NCBI GenBank assembly: GCA_963816185.1
Contig: CAWFJJ010000024.1
Span: forward strand, 288,001-352,000
Source: Thermoanaerobaculia bacterium
Lineage (GTDB): Bacteria > Acidobacteriota > Thermoanaerobaculia > UBA5066
DNA: 64,000 bases
Direction: 5' to 3'
Position numbers and translations under genes: made by a program. This document shows, one piece after another, positions 8,533 to 17,514 of the stretch; positions within the stretch are counted from its first letter, which is position 1; each line of letters begins with the position of its first letter. The notes beneath the pieces are model-generated. The model was not told where the DNA came from, did no database searches, and saw nothing but the letters and a program-made list of their open reading frames with translations.

Positions 8533-10704
8533 TCAGCGCGGAAGATCCATGAGCCAGATGTTCCCCGTCGTCTCGGCGTTTTCGTAGACGATCTGGTTGC
8601 CGCGGGGAGACCACGCCGGATAGCGAACGAAGGAGTTGCGGCTCGAGTAGTCGGTCAAGCGATGCTCGGGCCCGCCGTGCCGCGAGACCCAGTAGATGTT
8701 CCAGATGCCGTCTCGCTGACCCGCGAACGCGATGCGTTCGCCATCCGGCGACCAGCCATAGGGCCAGTCCAGCCCTTTCTCGTGCGTGAGGATGGTGGGC
8801 TCGCCGCCCGCCGCGGGGACGAGCGCGATATGCATGTCCGGCCCGCGGAGCAGCTCGACCGCAAGGAACTTGCCGTCACGTGACCAGCACGCCCAGCCGG
8901 CGCCCTCGCGGTCGAACGTCACCTGTCGCGGCGCTCCCCCGTCCAGCGGGACCACCCACGCATTGAGAACACCGGCCGCTGTCCGCGACGTGAACGTGAG
9001 GAGCCGTCCGTCGGGTGAGAGGCGGGCATCCGACAATTCGCCGTCGAGTGGAAGGAGCTGCTTCTCGCTCCGGTCGGCCAGTGTCATGGACAACAAAGCC
9101 GTCGAGCCATCCCGGATCCTCAGGAAGGCGATCCGCTCTCCGTCCGGGAACCAGTCAGCGCGGAAGCTCCCCGCCGGATCGTCGGTGAGTTGGCGGGTGT
9201 TCTGCCCGTCCACATCCATCACAAAGACGTCCGTCCTGGTGCCGGCGCGACACGACGTGAAGGCGATATGCGATCCGTCAGGTGAAAACGCCGGGTCGGT
9301 ATTGCGGTAGCCGGCGGCCCGCGTGAGGAGGACCGGCGCGCCGACCGGGGCCGCCGTCCGAGGGTCGACCGGCAACGACCAGATGTTGCTCACGCCCGAC
9401 AGGCCGGAGTAGGCGAGCGAAAAGCCGTCACGGGAAATCGCGATCTGCCGCAGCGAGGTCGTGCCCGCCGAGACGACGCGCTGCGGCTCGCTCCAGGGTT
9501 CACCCGCCGTCGACGGGACGCGAGCGCGCCAGAGCGTTGCGTTCAGCCAGGAGCCCGAGGTCGCCGTGAAATAGATCCAGTCGCCCCGAGGAGAGAACGC
9601 CGTCTCGTAGTAAACGGCCGCCGGTGCATTCCGTTCGCTCGAAATCCGCTGGAGGGACCCGTCGAGCGGCGAAACGCTCCAGAGTGCCGAGTTCTGAAAG
9701 GACCAGGTCGAGAAGACGACCGTCTTTCCGTCCGGCGAGAATGCCGGCGCGCCGTGGCCGCCCTCGGGCGAGCCCGGGCGAGTCAGCGGCACGGGCGTTC
9801 CGCCCGTCGCCGGTACGAGGAAGAGCGACGAAGGGGGAGCCGCCGCCGGACCCGCGGCCGAGACGTCCATCGGGGCGGCGGACTGGAAGGCGAGGGTCGC
9901 GCCGTCCGGCGACCACGCAGGTCGCGACCCGAACTCGGTCAGCCGGCGCGGCATGCCTCCGAGCGCCGGCACGAGCCAGATGCCCGGCCGGCTCCGAGAG
10001 GCGTATGCGATCTGGCGACCGTCGGGTGACCACGCGGGCTCGAGGTTGTCCCGGCCGTCCGCCGTGATCTGGATTTCGCGGCCGCCGGTGGCGAGCTGCC
10101 TCACGAAGATCTCGAAGCCGACGCCCCTGTCCGAGCAGTAGGCGATCTCGGCGCCATCCGGGGAAAAGCTCGGGAACTGATCGAGGCCGAGGGAATCCGT
10201 GATCTGGCGCGCTCCCGCCGGCGCCGCCGCCGGAACGGCGGCTGGAACCGCAGGGTGCCGCGCCGCTCGGAATCCGACGAAAAGCACAACGAGACCCACG
10301 GCTCCTGCAGCGAACCATATGAGTCGGGGCGGCAACCGGCCGGGCGCTGAAACGGACTCGCGGTCCGGCGGCGCTGGAGAGACCGCGGCATCCTGCGGGA
10401 CCTTGCGGACTTCGGCGATGAAGCGGTAGCCCTTCGTCGGAACGGTCTCGATGTATCGGGCTTCGCGAGCGGCGTCGCCCAAGGCGCGCCTGAGGTCGGC
10501 GATCACGCGCGTCATCGCACTCTCGGTGACGACGGTGTCCCGCCAGACGTGCTCGAGCAGCTCTCTCTTTTCGATCAAGCGGCCGGGGTTCTCCAGAAGG
10601 AAGAGGAGGACCTCGAAGGCCTTCGGCTCGAGCGCGAGAGGACGCCCGGCCTTGAGCACGCGGAAGGCCCGGGGATCCGCGCGGATGTCGTCGAACTCGT
10701 AGAT
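8533..10704 (-). CDS. Winged-helix (CadC/OmpR-type) DNA-binding domain + TM + TolB-like PD40 beta-propeller; start uncertain
   Basis: LEPKAFEVLLFL..IADLRRALGD..YIETVPTKGYRF; many W/F-SPDG repeats; in-frame YEFDDIR lies upstream of the first canonical start (10659). Confidence 0.85.
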   Translation of the reverse strand: MYEFDDIRADPRAFRVLKAGRPLALEPKAFEVLLFLLENPGRLIEKRELLEHVWRDTVVTESAMTRVIADLRRALGDAAREARYIETVPTKGYRFIAEVRKVPQDAAVSPAPPDRESVSAPGRLPPRLIWFAAGAVGLVVLFVGFRAARHPAVPAAVPAAAPAGARQITDSLGLDQFPSFSPDGAEIAYCSDRGVGFEIFVRQLATGGREIQITADGRDNLEPAWSPDGRQIAYASRSRPGIWLVPALGGMPRRLTEFGSRPAWSPDGATLAFQSAAPMDVSAAGPAAAPPSSLFLVPATGGTPVPLTRPGSPEGGHGAPAFSPDGKTVVFSTWSFQNSALWSVSPLDGSLQRISSERNAPAAVYYETAFSPRGDWIYFTATSGSWLNATLWRARVPSTAGEPWSEPQRVVSAGTTSLRQIAISRDGFSLAYSGLSGVSNIWSLPVDPRTAAPVGAPVLLTRAAGYRNTDPAFSPDGSHIAFTSCRAGTRTDVFVMDVDGQNTRQLTDDPAGSFRADWFPDGERIAFLRIRDGSTALLSMTLADRSEKQLLPLDGELSDARLSPDGRLLTFTSRTAAGVLNAWVVPLDGGAPRQVTFDREGAGWACWSRDGKFLAVELLRGPDMHIALVPAAGGEPTILTHEKGLDWPYGWSPDGERIAFAGQRDGIWNIYWVSRHGGPEHRLTDYSSRNSFVRYPAWSPRGNQIVYENAETTGNIWLMDLPR

Positions 10705-10838
10705 GAAGGAGATTTTACAGGCGGCGGGAGTTCCCTCAGGAGTTCATTCGAGAAAGACGCGAGATCAGGAGAGCGCCCTCAAGACCCGGCGCGTCCGGCC
10801 GCCGACCTTGCCTTCGGGCCACGAGCCCGGAGGTGACC

Positions 10839-11345
10839 ATGAACGGAAAGGCGGCTTCTGTCCTCGTTGCGGCTCTGGCTCTCGCGTCGCGGGCCTCTGC
10901 TGAGTCCCCGGTTCGGACGGCGTGGGCTCGACGCTCCTCCTTCGGGGTGGTCTTTGACAGGGCGCTGAGCCGTGCAGAGGAGAAGCTCGAATCGTCCGCG
11001 TGCCTGCTCGTTCTGACCGACTTTCGGGATGCGTCGGGCAGGGCGCTCGCCGAGAGGCTTTCCGAGACGGGACTCTCGGCTCCCGAGTTCCTCGCGCGGC
11101 TCGAATTTCGGGACGGCCGCAACGAGAGCCTCTGCCACCGTCTCCACGTCGACGCCTTCACGTCGGTCGGAGGCTCGACTGTCTGGACGTGCCCGGGAGG
11201 CAGTCTCAGCCTAACCGGCGACAACCTCCGGGCCGGCCCGAACACCCTCATCCATGAGATGCTCCACGCGCTCGGCCTCTCGGAAAATCCGCCGACGTCG
11301 CTGGAAATCACGCATCGCGTCGTCGAGCGCTGCGGACTCTGGTAA
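10839..11345 (+). CDS. Small secreted protein with HExxH zincin-like motif
   Basis: GGAGG before ATG; signal-like N-terminus; LIHEMLHALG. Confidence 0.7.
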   Translation: MNGKAASVLVAALALASRASAESPVRTAWARRSSFGVVFDRALSRAEEKLESSACLLVLTDFRDASGRALAERLSETGLSAPEFLARLEFRDGRNESLCHRLHVDAFTSVGGSTVWTCPGGSLSLTGDNLRAGPNTLIHEMLHALGLSENPPTSLEITHRVVERCGLW

Positions 11346-11386
11346 GGGGGCGTCGCGGCGCGACGTTGTCGTCTGACGTTCCGACC

Positions 11387-12805
11387 TCAGGCGGCCGGCG
11401 GGCGCCTCCGGTGCCAGTCCGTCTCCTTCTGATACGCCTTCGCGGCGGCAAGGCAGAGCGATTCGTTCCCGGCGGCCGCCATGAACGTGACACCGAGCGG
11501 GAGTCCCGCGTTGTCGAAGCCGCACGGGACGGCCGCGGCCGGCAGGCCGCAGAGATTTCCCGGGGCGCCGAGCGGATCCGCCGGGAGCGCGTACCACGTT
11601 TCGAGGTTCGCCTCGATCGGGCTCGCGGAGCTCGGGAAGCTCGGCCCGGCGAGGACGTCCACCTTCGTGAAGAGCTCCGCCATCGCGCGAATCGCAAGCG
11701 TGCGGCGCCGGAGCGCGTTGGCGTACTCGGCCCCGGAAATCGTCGTGCCGGGAAGGAGGCCGATCTTCGACAGAGGATCCACGAGGTCGAGGTGGCGCCC
11801 GCTCGCGATGAGGGGCTCGAATGTCGCAGCCGCTTCCGAGGCGAGGATCGTGAGGAGAACGGCATCGAACGGAAAGTCGGGCAACGCCACGGGCACGAGC
11901 CGGTGTCCCTTTGCTTCGAGCGCCTTCAGGGCGGCCGATGCGAGCGTCACTGCTTCCTTCTGGTATCCGTCCCAGGTCTTGTCCGGGAGGACGCCGATCC
12001 GGAGATGCTCGGGGGGGCGAGATCTCGTCCAGTTGCCGCGCAGAGTGGACGGATCGGCCGGATCTTCACCCGCGATCGCGTCGAGCACGGTCTCGAGGTC
12101 TTCGGCCGTTCGCGCGAGGGGGCCGATCTTGTCGAGCGTGAAGCAAAGAGGCATCGCGCCGTGCCGGCTGACGCGCCCGTACGTGGGCCTGAGGCCCGAG
12201 ATGCCGCAGTAGGTGGAGGGACAGACGATCGAGCCCCACGTCTCCGAGCCGAGCGCGAAGGGCACGAGGCCTGCCGCAACGGCGGCACCCGAGCCGCTCG
12301 AGGAGCCGCCCGTCCAGTGCTTCGGGTTCCAGGGGTTCTTCCCGGGCCCCTGCGCCGAGGCGGACGCAAATCGGTACCCCGCGCCGCCCGCGAGCTCGAC
12401 CATCGCGAGCTTCGCGACGAGGACGGCGCCGGCCTCCGCGAGTCGGGCGACCGCGGTCGCGTCGGCCTTGGGAACGCGATCCTTGAAAAGGGGAGAGCCC
12501 CACGTCGTTGCCACGCCTTTCGTGTCGAGCAGATCCTTCGCGGCATACGGGATGCCGTGCAACGGCTGGCGCGGGATGCCGGACTTCCGCTCCGCGTCGG
12601 CGCGCCGCGCGGCGGCAAGGGCGCTTTCTTCCATCAGGGTCGCAACGGCGTTGAGAGAGGGACCGATTCCGCGAAGGCGGGAGACGAAGAGGGACGTCAG
12701 CTCGACAGATGACGTCTTTCCCGCCGCCAAGGCTCCGGAAAGCTCGGCGACCGACGCAAACGCGAGATCGATTTCTTTCCCTTTCGAAGAATCTTTCGTG
12801 CCCAT
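11387..12805 (-). CDS. Amidase-signature family enzyme
   Basis: YAAKDL, GGSSSGS, GSETWGSI (Lys-cisSer-Ser triad). Confidence 0.9.
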   Translation of the reverse strand: MGTKDSSKGKEIDLAFASVAELSGALAAGKTSSVELTSLFVSRLRGIGPSLNAVATLMEESALAAARRADAERKSGIPRQPLHGIPYAAKDLLDTKGVATTWGSPLFKDRVPKADATAVARLAEAGAVLVAKLAMVELAGGAGYRFASASAQGPGKNPWNPKHWTGGSSSGSGAAVAAGLVPFALGSETWGSIVCPSTYCGISGLRPTYGRVSRHGAMPLCFTLDKIGPLARTAEDLETVLDAIAGEDPADPSTLRGNWTRSRPPEHLRIGVLPDKTWDGYQKEAVTLASAALKALEAKGHRLVPVALPDFPFDAVLLTILASEAAATFEPLIASGRHLDLVDPLSKIGLLPGTTISGAEYANALRRRTLAIRAMAELFTKVDVLAGPSFPSSASPIEANLETWYALPADPLGAPGNLCGLPAAAVPCGFDNAGLPLGVTFMAAAGNESLCLAAAKAYQKETDWHRRRPPAA

Positions 12806-12806
12806 C

Positions 12807-13130
12807 TTATCGGCGCCCTTCGGGCAGGAAAACCGTCGCCGGGTCGGTCTCGTACGGCAGGGCGACGCGGCGCGCGTCCGCGAGCGTCTTCTGCAGATCG
12901 CGCACGCCCCGCCTCACGTCGAGGCGCTGCTCCGCCGAGAGGGTCGCCGGCGTCGCGGACAACGCCGCTTCGACGAGCGCTTCGGTCCGCGCTTCGGATG
13001 TCTGCTGAGGAGACGAGGCCCCGTCTCCGGCCGCAGGCGCGGGCAGAATCGCGGCCGCCGCGGCGCCACCGATCGCCCTGGCCAGAGAACGCCGCGTGAG
13101 GCCTTCCTGACGCGTTATTGAATCGCTCAT
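12807..13130 (-). CDS. Small Tat-signal protein, putative amidase partner
   Basis: LTRRSLA followed by an Ala-rich h-region; stop lies 1 nt before the amidase ATG. Confidence 0.65.
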   Translation of the reverse strand: MSDSITRQEGLTRRSLARAIGGAAAAAILPAPAAGDGASSPQQTSEARTEALVEAALSATPATLSAEQRLDVRRGVRDLQKTLADARRVALPYETDPATVFLPEGRR

Positions 13131-13184
13131 AGCCGTATCCTATTCGAGCGGGGAATCCGACGGCCTCGGCGTTCGCGTCTCGCC

Positions 13185-13215
13185 AAAGAAAAAGGGGAGG
13201 CCCGAAGGCCTCCCC
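13185..13215 (-). terminator. Rho-independent terminator of the TonB-dependent receptor gene
   Basis: 9-bp stem GGGGAGGCC/GGCCTCCCC, UUCG loop on minus strand, followed by TTTTTCTTT. Confidence 0.9.
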
Positions 13216-13242
13216 ATCCCGTTGATGGAAAGCTGAAGGAAA

Positions 13243-16200
13243 CTAGAAGCTGAGTCGGGCCCCGAGCTTGAGGAGCCGCGGGCTGCTCCTCCAGGACACC
13301 AGGCCATAGTTCGGGTTCGCGCTCGTCGGGTTCGACACGACCGAGCAGTTCGATGCCGCGCTCACGCTGGGAGGGGGTGCGACCGTGCAGTCCTGGTTAT
13401 AACCGAGGATGTCCTGACGGTTCAGGAGGTTGTTCCCCTGGGCGATCAAGGTCACGGTCACCGCGCCGAACTTGATCGCGTAGGTAGCCGAGAGATTGAA
13501 GTCGTAGTCCCACGGGGTCCGGCCCGCGCTGCCGGCCGGGACGACCTGGTAGCCCTCGGCGCCGTAGCCGCTGTTGAAGTAGCCGAACTCGGACAGCGGC
13601 GATCCGGAACGCAGGTGGGCGCTGAGAGCGGCCGTCAGGCCGAAGGGCATCGTGTAGGTCCCGTCCAGCCGGAACTGATGCCGCCGGTCCAGGGCGAGGT
13701 TTCCGTAGGCGTTGTTCAGGAACAGCGGGTAGTCATAGTCGGCGTTGATGCCGGGGTCCGTCTGGCCGCCGCCGGGGTACGCGAACTCGGCGATCGAGGC
13801 CTCTCCGTTGTAGTTGCCGTACAGATGCGAGTAGAGGTAGCTGAACTGGGCCCACGCAACGTTCGAGATGCGGCTCTTGACCACGAACTCGACGCCGTGG
13901 AACTTCCGCTCGGCGGCCGGAATGGCCACGTTCGTCGTCTGGGGGCCGGTGCACTGCGACTGCGCCGAGTTTCCGCTGGCGTCGATGTAGTCGCGCCCGT
14001 CGCACGTGTGGACGCCCTGCCCCGTCGCGAAGGGGCTGCTGGAGCCGGGGTTGATGATGACGCACGTGTTGCCGTTGGCCTCGGGATAGCCCCCGTCGAA
14101 GTCGCACCGGTCCTCGATCGTCCGGCCGAGGTCCCGATACGTGTAGCGCACGGCCACCGAGAGCGACGTGTTGAGAGCCTTCTCGAAACCGAGCGCGTAC
14201 TCGTCCTGGTAGATCCCCTTCAGATTGTCCTGGAACGGCTCGGGGAAGAAGCCGCCCTGCGTGAAGGCCTGCTTGCCGATCGTCGGATCCTGCGCCAGCG
14301 CCGTCTGGCTGGTTCCGGGGTTGTAGTTGTAGGTGATGGCGTCGATCTTGCCGCCGTACGAGCGGACCGTGAGATCGGTCGGCAGGGCGTAGTAGAACCG
14401 GCCGTACGAGGCCGAGACCTTCGTCGAACCGTCCTTCGCCGGATCCCACGCGATGCCGATGCGGGGCTGCCACTCGTTCTTCAGGAAGAACTGCTGACCT
14501 CCCGTCTGGATGACCTTGCCGCTCGCGTCGACCGCCTGGTTGTTGTAGATCTTGGTTCCGTCGAACTGGCGGACGTCCTCCTGGTCGTACCGCAGGCCGA
14601 CGTGGACGGAGAGGTTCGGGAACACCTTCCACGCGTCCTGGAGGAAGGCGCCGGTCCTGTATACGCGGGGGCTCACCGTATTGCCGCCGGCCAGGAACGC
14701 GCTCTGGAGCGCCGTCTTGTCCGTCGTCAGCGTGTAGAACTCGTGCCCGTAGTAGAGCGGGGCACCCGCATTCGCGCCGGTGCAGACCTGCGCGTTGCAC
14801 GCGTAGATCCGGAGCCGCGAACCGCCGCTGTAGATGTCCGTGGACTCGGTCAGGTTGTTCTCGAAGTCCAGGCCCCCCTTGATCTCATGCGTTCCCAGGA
14901 AGAAGGTCGCGGCCCCCTTCACGGCGTCCCGCTTGGACTGGTTGAAGTCGCGGAACCCGCGGATGGAGCCGAAGCCGCCGGAGGCGGTGGGGTTGTCCAG
15001 GTTCTGGGTGTAATCGAGAACGGCCGGGGTGCTCGCCCCTTCGCCTGTAAGCGTGTAGCGGTCCTTGTGGCGGGAGTAGCGGACGTCGAAGAGGCCCGAC
15101 GTGCCGAAGAGCTGCGTGACCCCGACCGCGAAGTCGGTCGCGCCGATCTTGCGGGTGCCGTTCTGCGAGAGAGGGTTATCGGAGGTGAAGTTCCGTTGTG
15201 GGCCCGTGCGCACCTCCGGGTCGCCGAAGATCGTCCCGACGATCGTCGTGGAGTCGGTGGGCCGAGCCGTCAGCTTGCCGGAGAAGAGGTCCGCGTGGTA
15301 GGTGATCGGGAAGTTCTTGCCCGCGTTCGGCAGCCCGGTTCCGGCCAGCGTGAGCTGGTCGACGTCCTGGTTGACCCGGTTGTACGCGCCGAAGAACCAG
15401 AGGCGGTCCTTGATCGCATAGCCTCCGAGGTCGACGCCGAGATCCTGGACGTTCGCCTGCGAGGTGTCGACGCCGGCTGGAGGGCCGGTGTAGTTCTGGT
15501 CGGTCTCGGCGGTCCCTTTGCGGGCGGCCGTGAGGCTCTTCTCGTTGAAGTAGCCGAAGGCGTCGCCGTGGAACTCGTTGCCGCCCGACTTCGTGACGAC
15601 GTTGACGATGCCGCCCATGGCGCGGCCGTACTCGGCCTCGTAGCCGCCGGCCTTGATCTGGACCTCCTCGACGAACTCGGAGCTTATGGCCTTGCCCTGG
15701 AAGCCCCGGATGACGTTCGTCGTGTTGACGCCGTCCACGAGGTACTGGTTCTCGATGGACGTGGCCCCGTAGATCGAGAAGGCCATGGCGCGACCCTGTG
15801 TGTCGCCCGAGTCCATTCCCACGCCGGGGTTGATCTCCACAGCCTGGGCGTAATTCCGCCCGAGCGGGAGCTTCTGGACGACGTCCTGCCGGATGTTGAG
15901 GCCGTTCGCGGCGTCGTTCGTGTCGACGACGGGCGCCTCACCCGAGACGACGATCTCCTGCGTGACCGAGATCTCCATCCGGATCATCACGGAGGCCGTG
16001 GCGTCGAGGTTGACCTTTATGCCGTTCTTCTCGACCTTCTTGAAGCCCGAAAGAGAGGACGTCACGGTGTACGTGCCGGGAGGAATGACCGGGAAGCGGA
16101 AGCGGCCGGCGGAGTTCGTGACCGCCGACCGGGGGCCCTGGAGGCTGGGTGACTTGAGATCGACGGTCGCGCCGGGCAGCGGCGCGTCGTTTGCGTCGGT

Positions 16201-16314
16201 GACGGTGCCCTCGATGCCTCCGGTGGTCTGCGAATACGCGACGTTCGCCGTCAGACCGAGCACGGCGAGCGCAAGCACCATGAAAGTGCTCAGCCAACGT
16301 GATTTCATTTTCAA
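13243..16314 (-). CDS. TonB-dependent outer-membrane receptor (Oar-like, carboxypeptidase-regulatory N-domain)
   Basis: Signal peptide, LPGATV, ENQYLVDGV, AEYGRAMGGIVNVVTKSG, C-terminal LGARLSF; AGGAGG upstream. Confidence 0.9.
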   Translation of the reverse strand: MKMKSRWLSTFMVLALAVLGLTANVAYSQTTGGIEGTVTDANDAPLPGATVDLKSPSLQGPRSAVTNSAGRFRFPVIPPGTYTVTSSLSGFKKVEKNGIKVNLDATASVMIRMEISVTQEIVVSGEAPVVDTNDAANGLNIRQDVVQKLPLGRNYAQAVEINPGVGMDSGDTQGRAMAFSIYGATSIENQYLVDGVNTTNVIRGFQGKAISSEFVEEVQIKAGGYEAEYGRAMGGIVNVVTKSGGNEFHGDAFGYFNEKSLTAARKGTAETDQNYTGPPAGVDTSQANVQDLGVDLGGYAIKDRLWFFGAYNRVNQDVDQLTLAGTGLPNAGKNFPITYHADLFSGKLTARPTDSTTIVGTIFGDPEVRTGPQRNFTSDNPLSQNGTRKIGATDFAVGVTQLFGTSGLFDVRYSRHKDRYTLTGEGASTPAVLDYTQNLDNPTASGGFGSIRGFRDFNQSKRDAVKGAATFFLGTHEIKGGLDFENNLTESTDIYSGGSRLRIYACNAQVCTGANAGAPLYYGHEFYTLTTDKTALQSAFLAGGNTVSPRVYRTGAFLQDAWKVFPNLSVHVGLRYDQEDVRQFDGTKIYNNQAVDASGKVIQTGGQQFFLKNEWQPRIGIAWDPAKDGSTKVSASYGRFYYALPTDLTVRSYGGKIDAITYNYNPGTSQTALAQDPTIGKQAFTQGGFFPEPFQDNLKGIYQDEYALGFEKALNTSLSVAVRYTYRDLGRTIEDRCDFDGGYPEANGNTCVIINPGSSSPFATGQGVHTCDGRDYIDASGNSAQSQCTGPQTTNVAIPAAERKFHGVEFVVKSRISNVAWAQFSYLYSHLYGNYNGEASIAEFAYPGGGQTDPGINADYDYPLFLNNAYGNLALDRRHQFRLDGTYTMPFGLTAALSAHLRSGSPLSEFGYFNSGYGAEGYQVVPAGSAGRTPWDYDFNLSATYAIKFGAVTVTLIAQGNNLLNRQDILGYNQDCTVAPPPSVSAASNCSVVSNPTSANPNYGLVSWRSSPRLLKLGARLSF

Positions 16315-16522
16315 TCTACCTCCTGAATCGAAAAGAAATTGATCCCGACGTAAGAGTTCAAGGACGACGGAAGATCCCGGCTCCCTCCTTTCACGTTTTG
16401 GTTTGCTCTCCTGAAGCTCGATTCATGGTTCCTGTGTCCTCGCCCAGCGGAGGTTTTCTTGTGTCCGAAGCTCGCGTCACACATGCGCCTTCTTACGATG
16501 TGACGAAAGCCACAAAACCGGG

Positions 16523-16538
16523 TGCAATTCGGGTGCCT
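16523..16538 (-). promoter_or_regulatory. Sigma-54 (-24/-12) promoter for the TonB receptor
   Basis: Minus strand reads AGGCAC-CCGAA-TTGCA, matching TGGCAC-N5-TTGC with correct GG-N10-GC spacing, in an intergenic region. Confidence 0.65.
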
Positions 16539-16743
16539 TCTGGGCCGGAAGCCTACAAGACGTAAGACGCTGTAGTCAAAGGGAGAATCCGGGACCGGGC
16601 CTGTCGTGAAGGGGGTTCAATCCAAAATATTAGATTGAGATCCATTTGCAAGATGGGCTCCGGCACGGGACCCGCGTTCTCCTGCGAAGAATGGACATTG
16701 GCGGCCGGGAAACCCACGGAAGCCGATCGGCGTACAACGGACC

Positions 16744-17514
16744 ATGCGAAACAGAATCCGCGGCGTTGCCCCCCTGCTCTGTTTGCTGGCCGCTTCTCGA
16801 ATCGCCTTCGCCGTGACCGCCGAGGAGATCGTCGCGAGAAACGTCGAGGCGCGCGGCGGGGCGGCCGCGCTCGCCTCCCTGAAGAGCCTTCGACGGACCG
16901 GCCGGTACGTCCTGCCCGGCCGGAACCTCCTGATCACCCTCACCGAGGTGCGCGAGCGACCGGGCCGGATCCGCCAGGAGACCACGTACCAGGGCCTCAC
17001 GCAGATCCAGGCCTTCGACGGCGAGAAGGGCTGGCAGGTCCAGCCGTTCGAGGGCCGCAGGGACCCGGTCCTGATGTCCGAGGACGACACCAAGCCGTTC
17101 CGCCTCGCGGCGGACCTCGACGGGGCCTTCGTGAACGCGAAGGCGAAAGGCCACACGCTCGAATACATGGGCACCGAGGACGTGGACGGCACGCTCGCGC
17201 ACAAGCTGCGCGTCGGGCTGAAATGGGGAGGCGACGTGACGGTCTGGATCGACCCCGACACCTGGATGGTGATCCGCGACCTGCAGACGACGACGGTCCG
17301 GGGAGCCGAGCAGGAAACCGAGACCGATTACGGCGACTACGAGAAGGTGGGGAGCGTCTACGTCCCGATGAGCGAGGAGAGCGGGCCGCGGAACTCGCCG
17401 AGCGCCTCGCGGGCGAAGGCGATCTACGACAAGGCCGAGGCCAATGTCGCCGTCGCCCCAGACGCGTTCACGTTCCCGGCGAAGGCCGCCGCGCCGGCAG
17501 GAGCGGGCCGATGA
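16744..17514 (+). CDS. Secreted hypothetical protein (LolA-like/outer-membrane sorting fold)
   Basis: Signal peptide; EIVARNVEARGG..AFDGEKGW..YGDYEKVG pattern. Confidence 0.65.
   Translation: MRNRIRGVAPLLCLLAASRIAFAVTAEEIVARNVEARGGAAALASLKSLRRTGRYVLPGRNLLITLTEVRERPGRIRQETTYQGLTQIQAFDGEKGWQVQPFEGRRDPVLMSEDDTKPFRLAADLDGAFVNAKAKGHTLEYMGTEDVDGTLAHKLRVGLKWGGDVTVWIDPDTWMVIRDLQTTTVRGAEQETETDYGDYEKVGSVYVPMSEESGPRNSPSASRAKAIYDKAEANVAVAPDAFTFPAKAAAPAGAGR

Noticed and set aside
13615-16152. Long antisense or alternate-frame ORFs (here and at 2682-3842, 33959-36460, 39421-41922, 42795-44678 and others)
   Set aside because: Shadow ORFs expected in high-GC DNA; Arg/Ala/Pro-rich, motif-free and overlapping well-supported genes.
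16375-16415. c-di-GMP-I riboswitch in the TonB receptor leader (GCAAACC..GAAA..GG)
   Set aside because: Lacks the GACGCAAAG junction and a convincing P2/P3 pairing.
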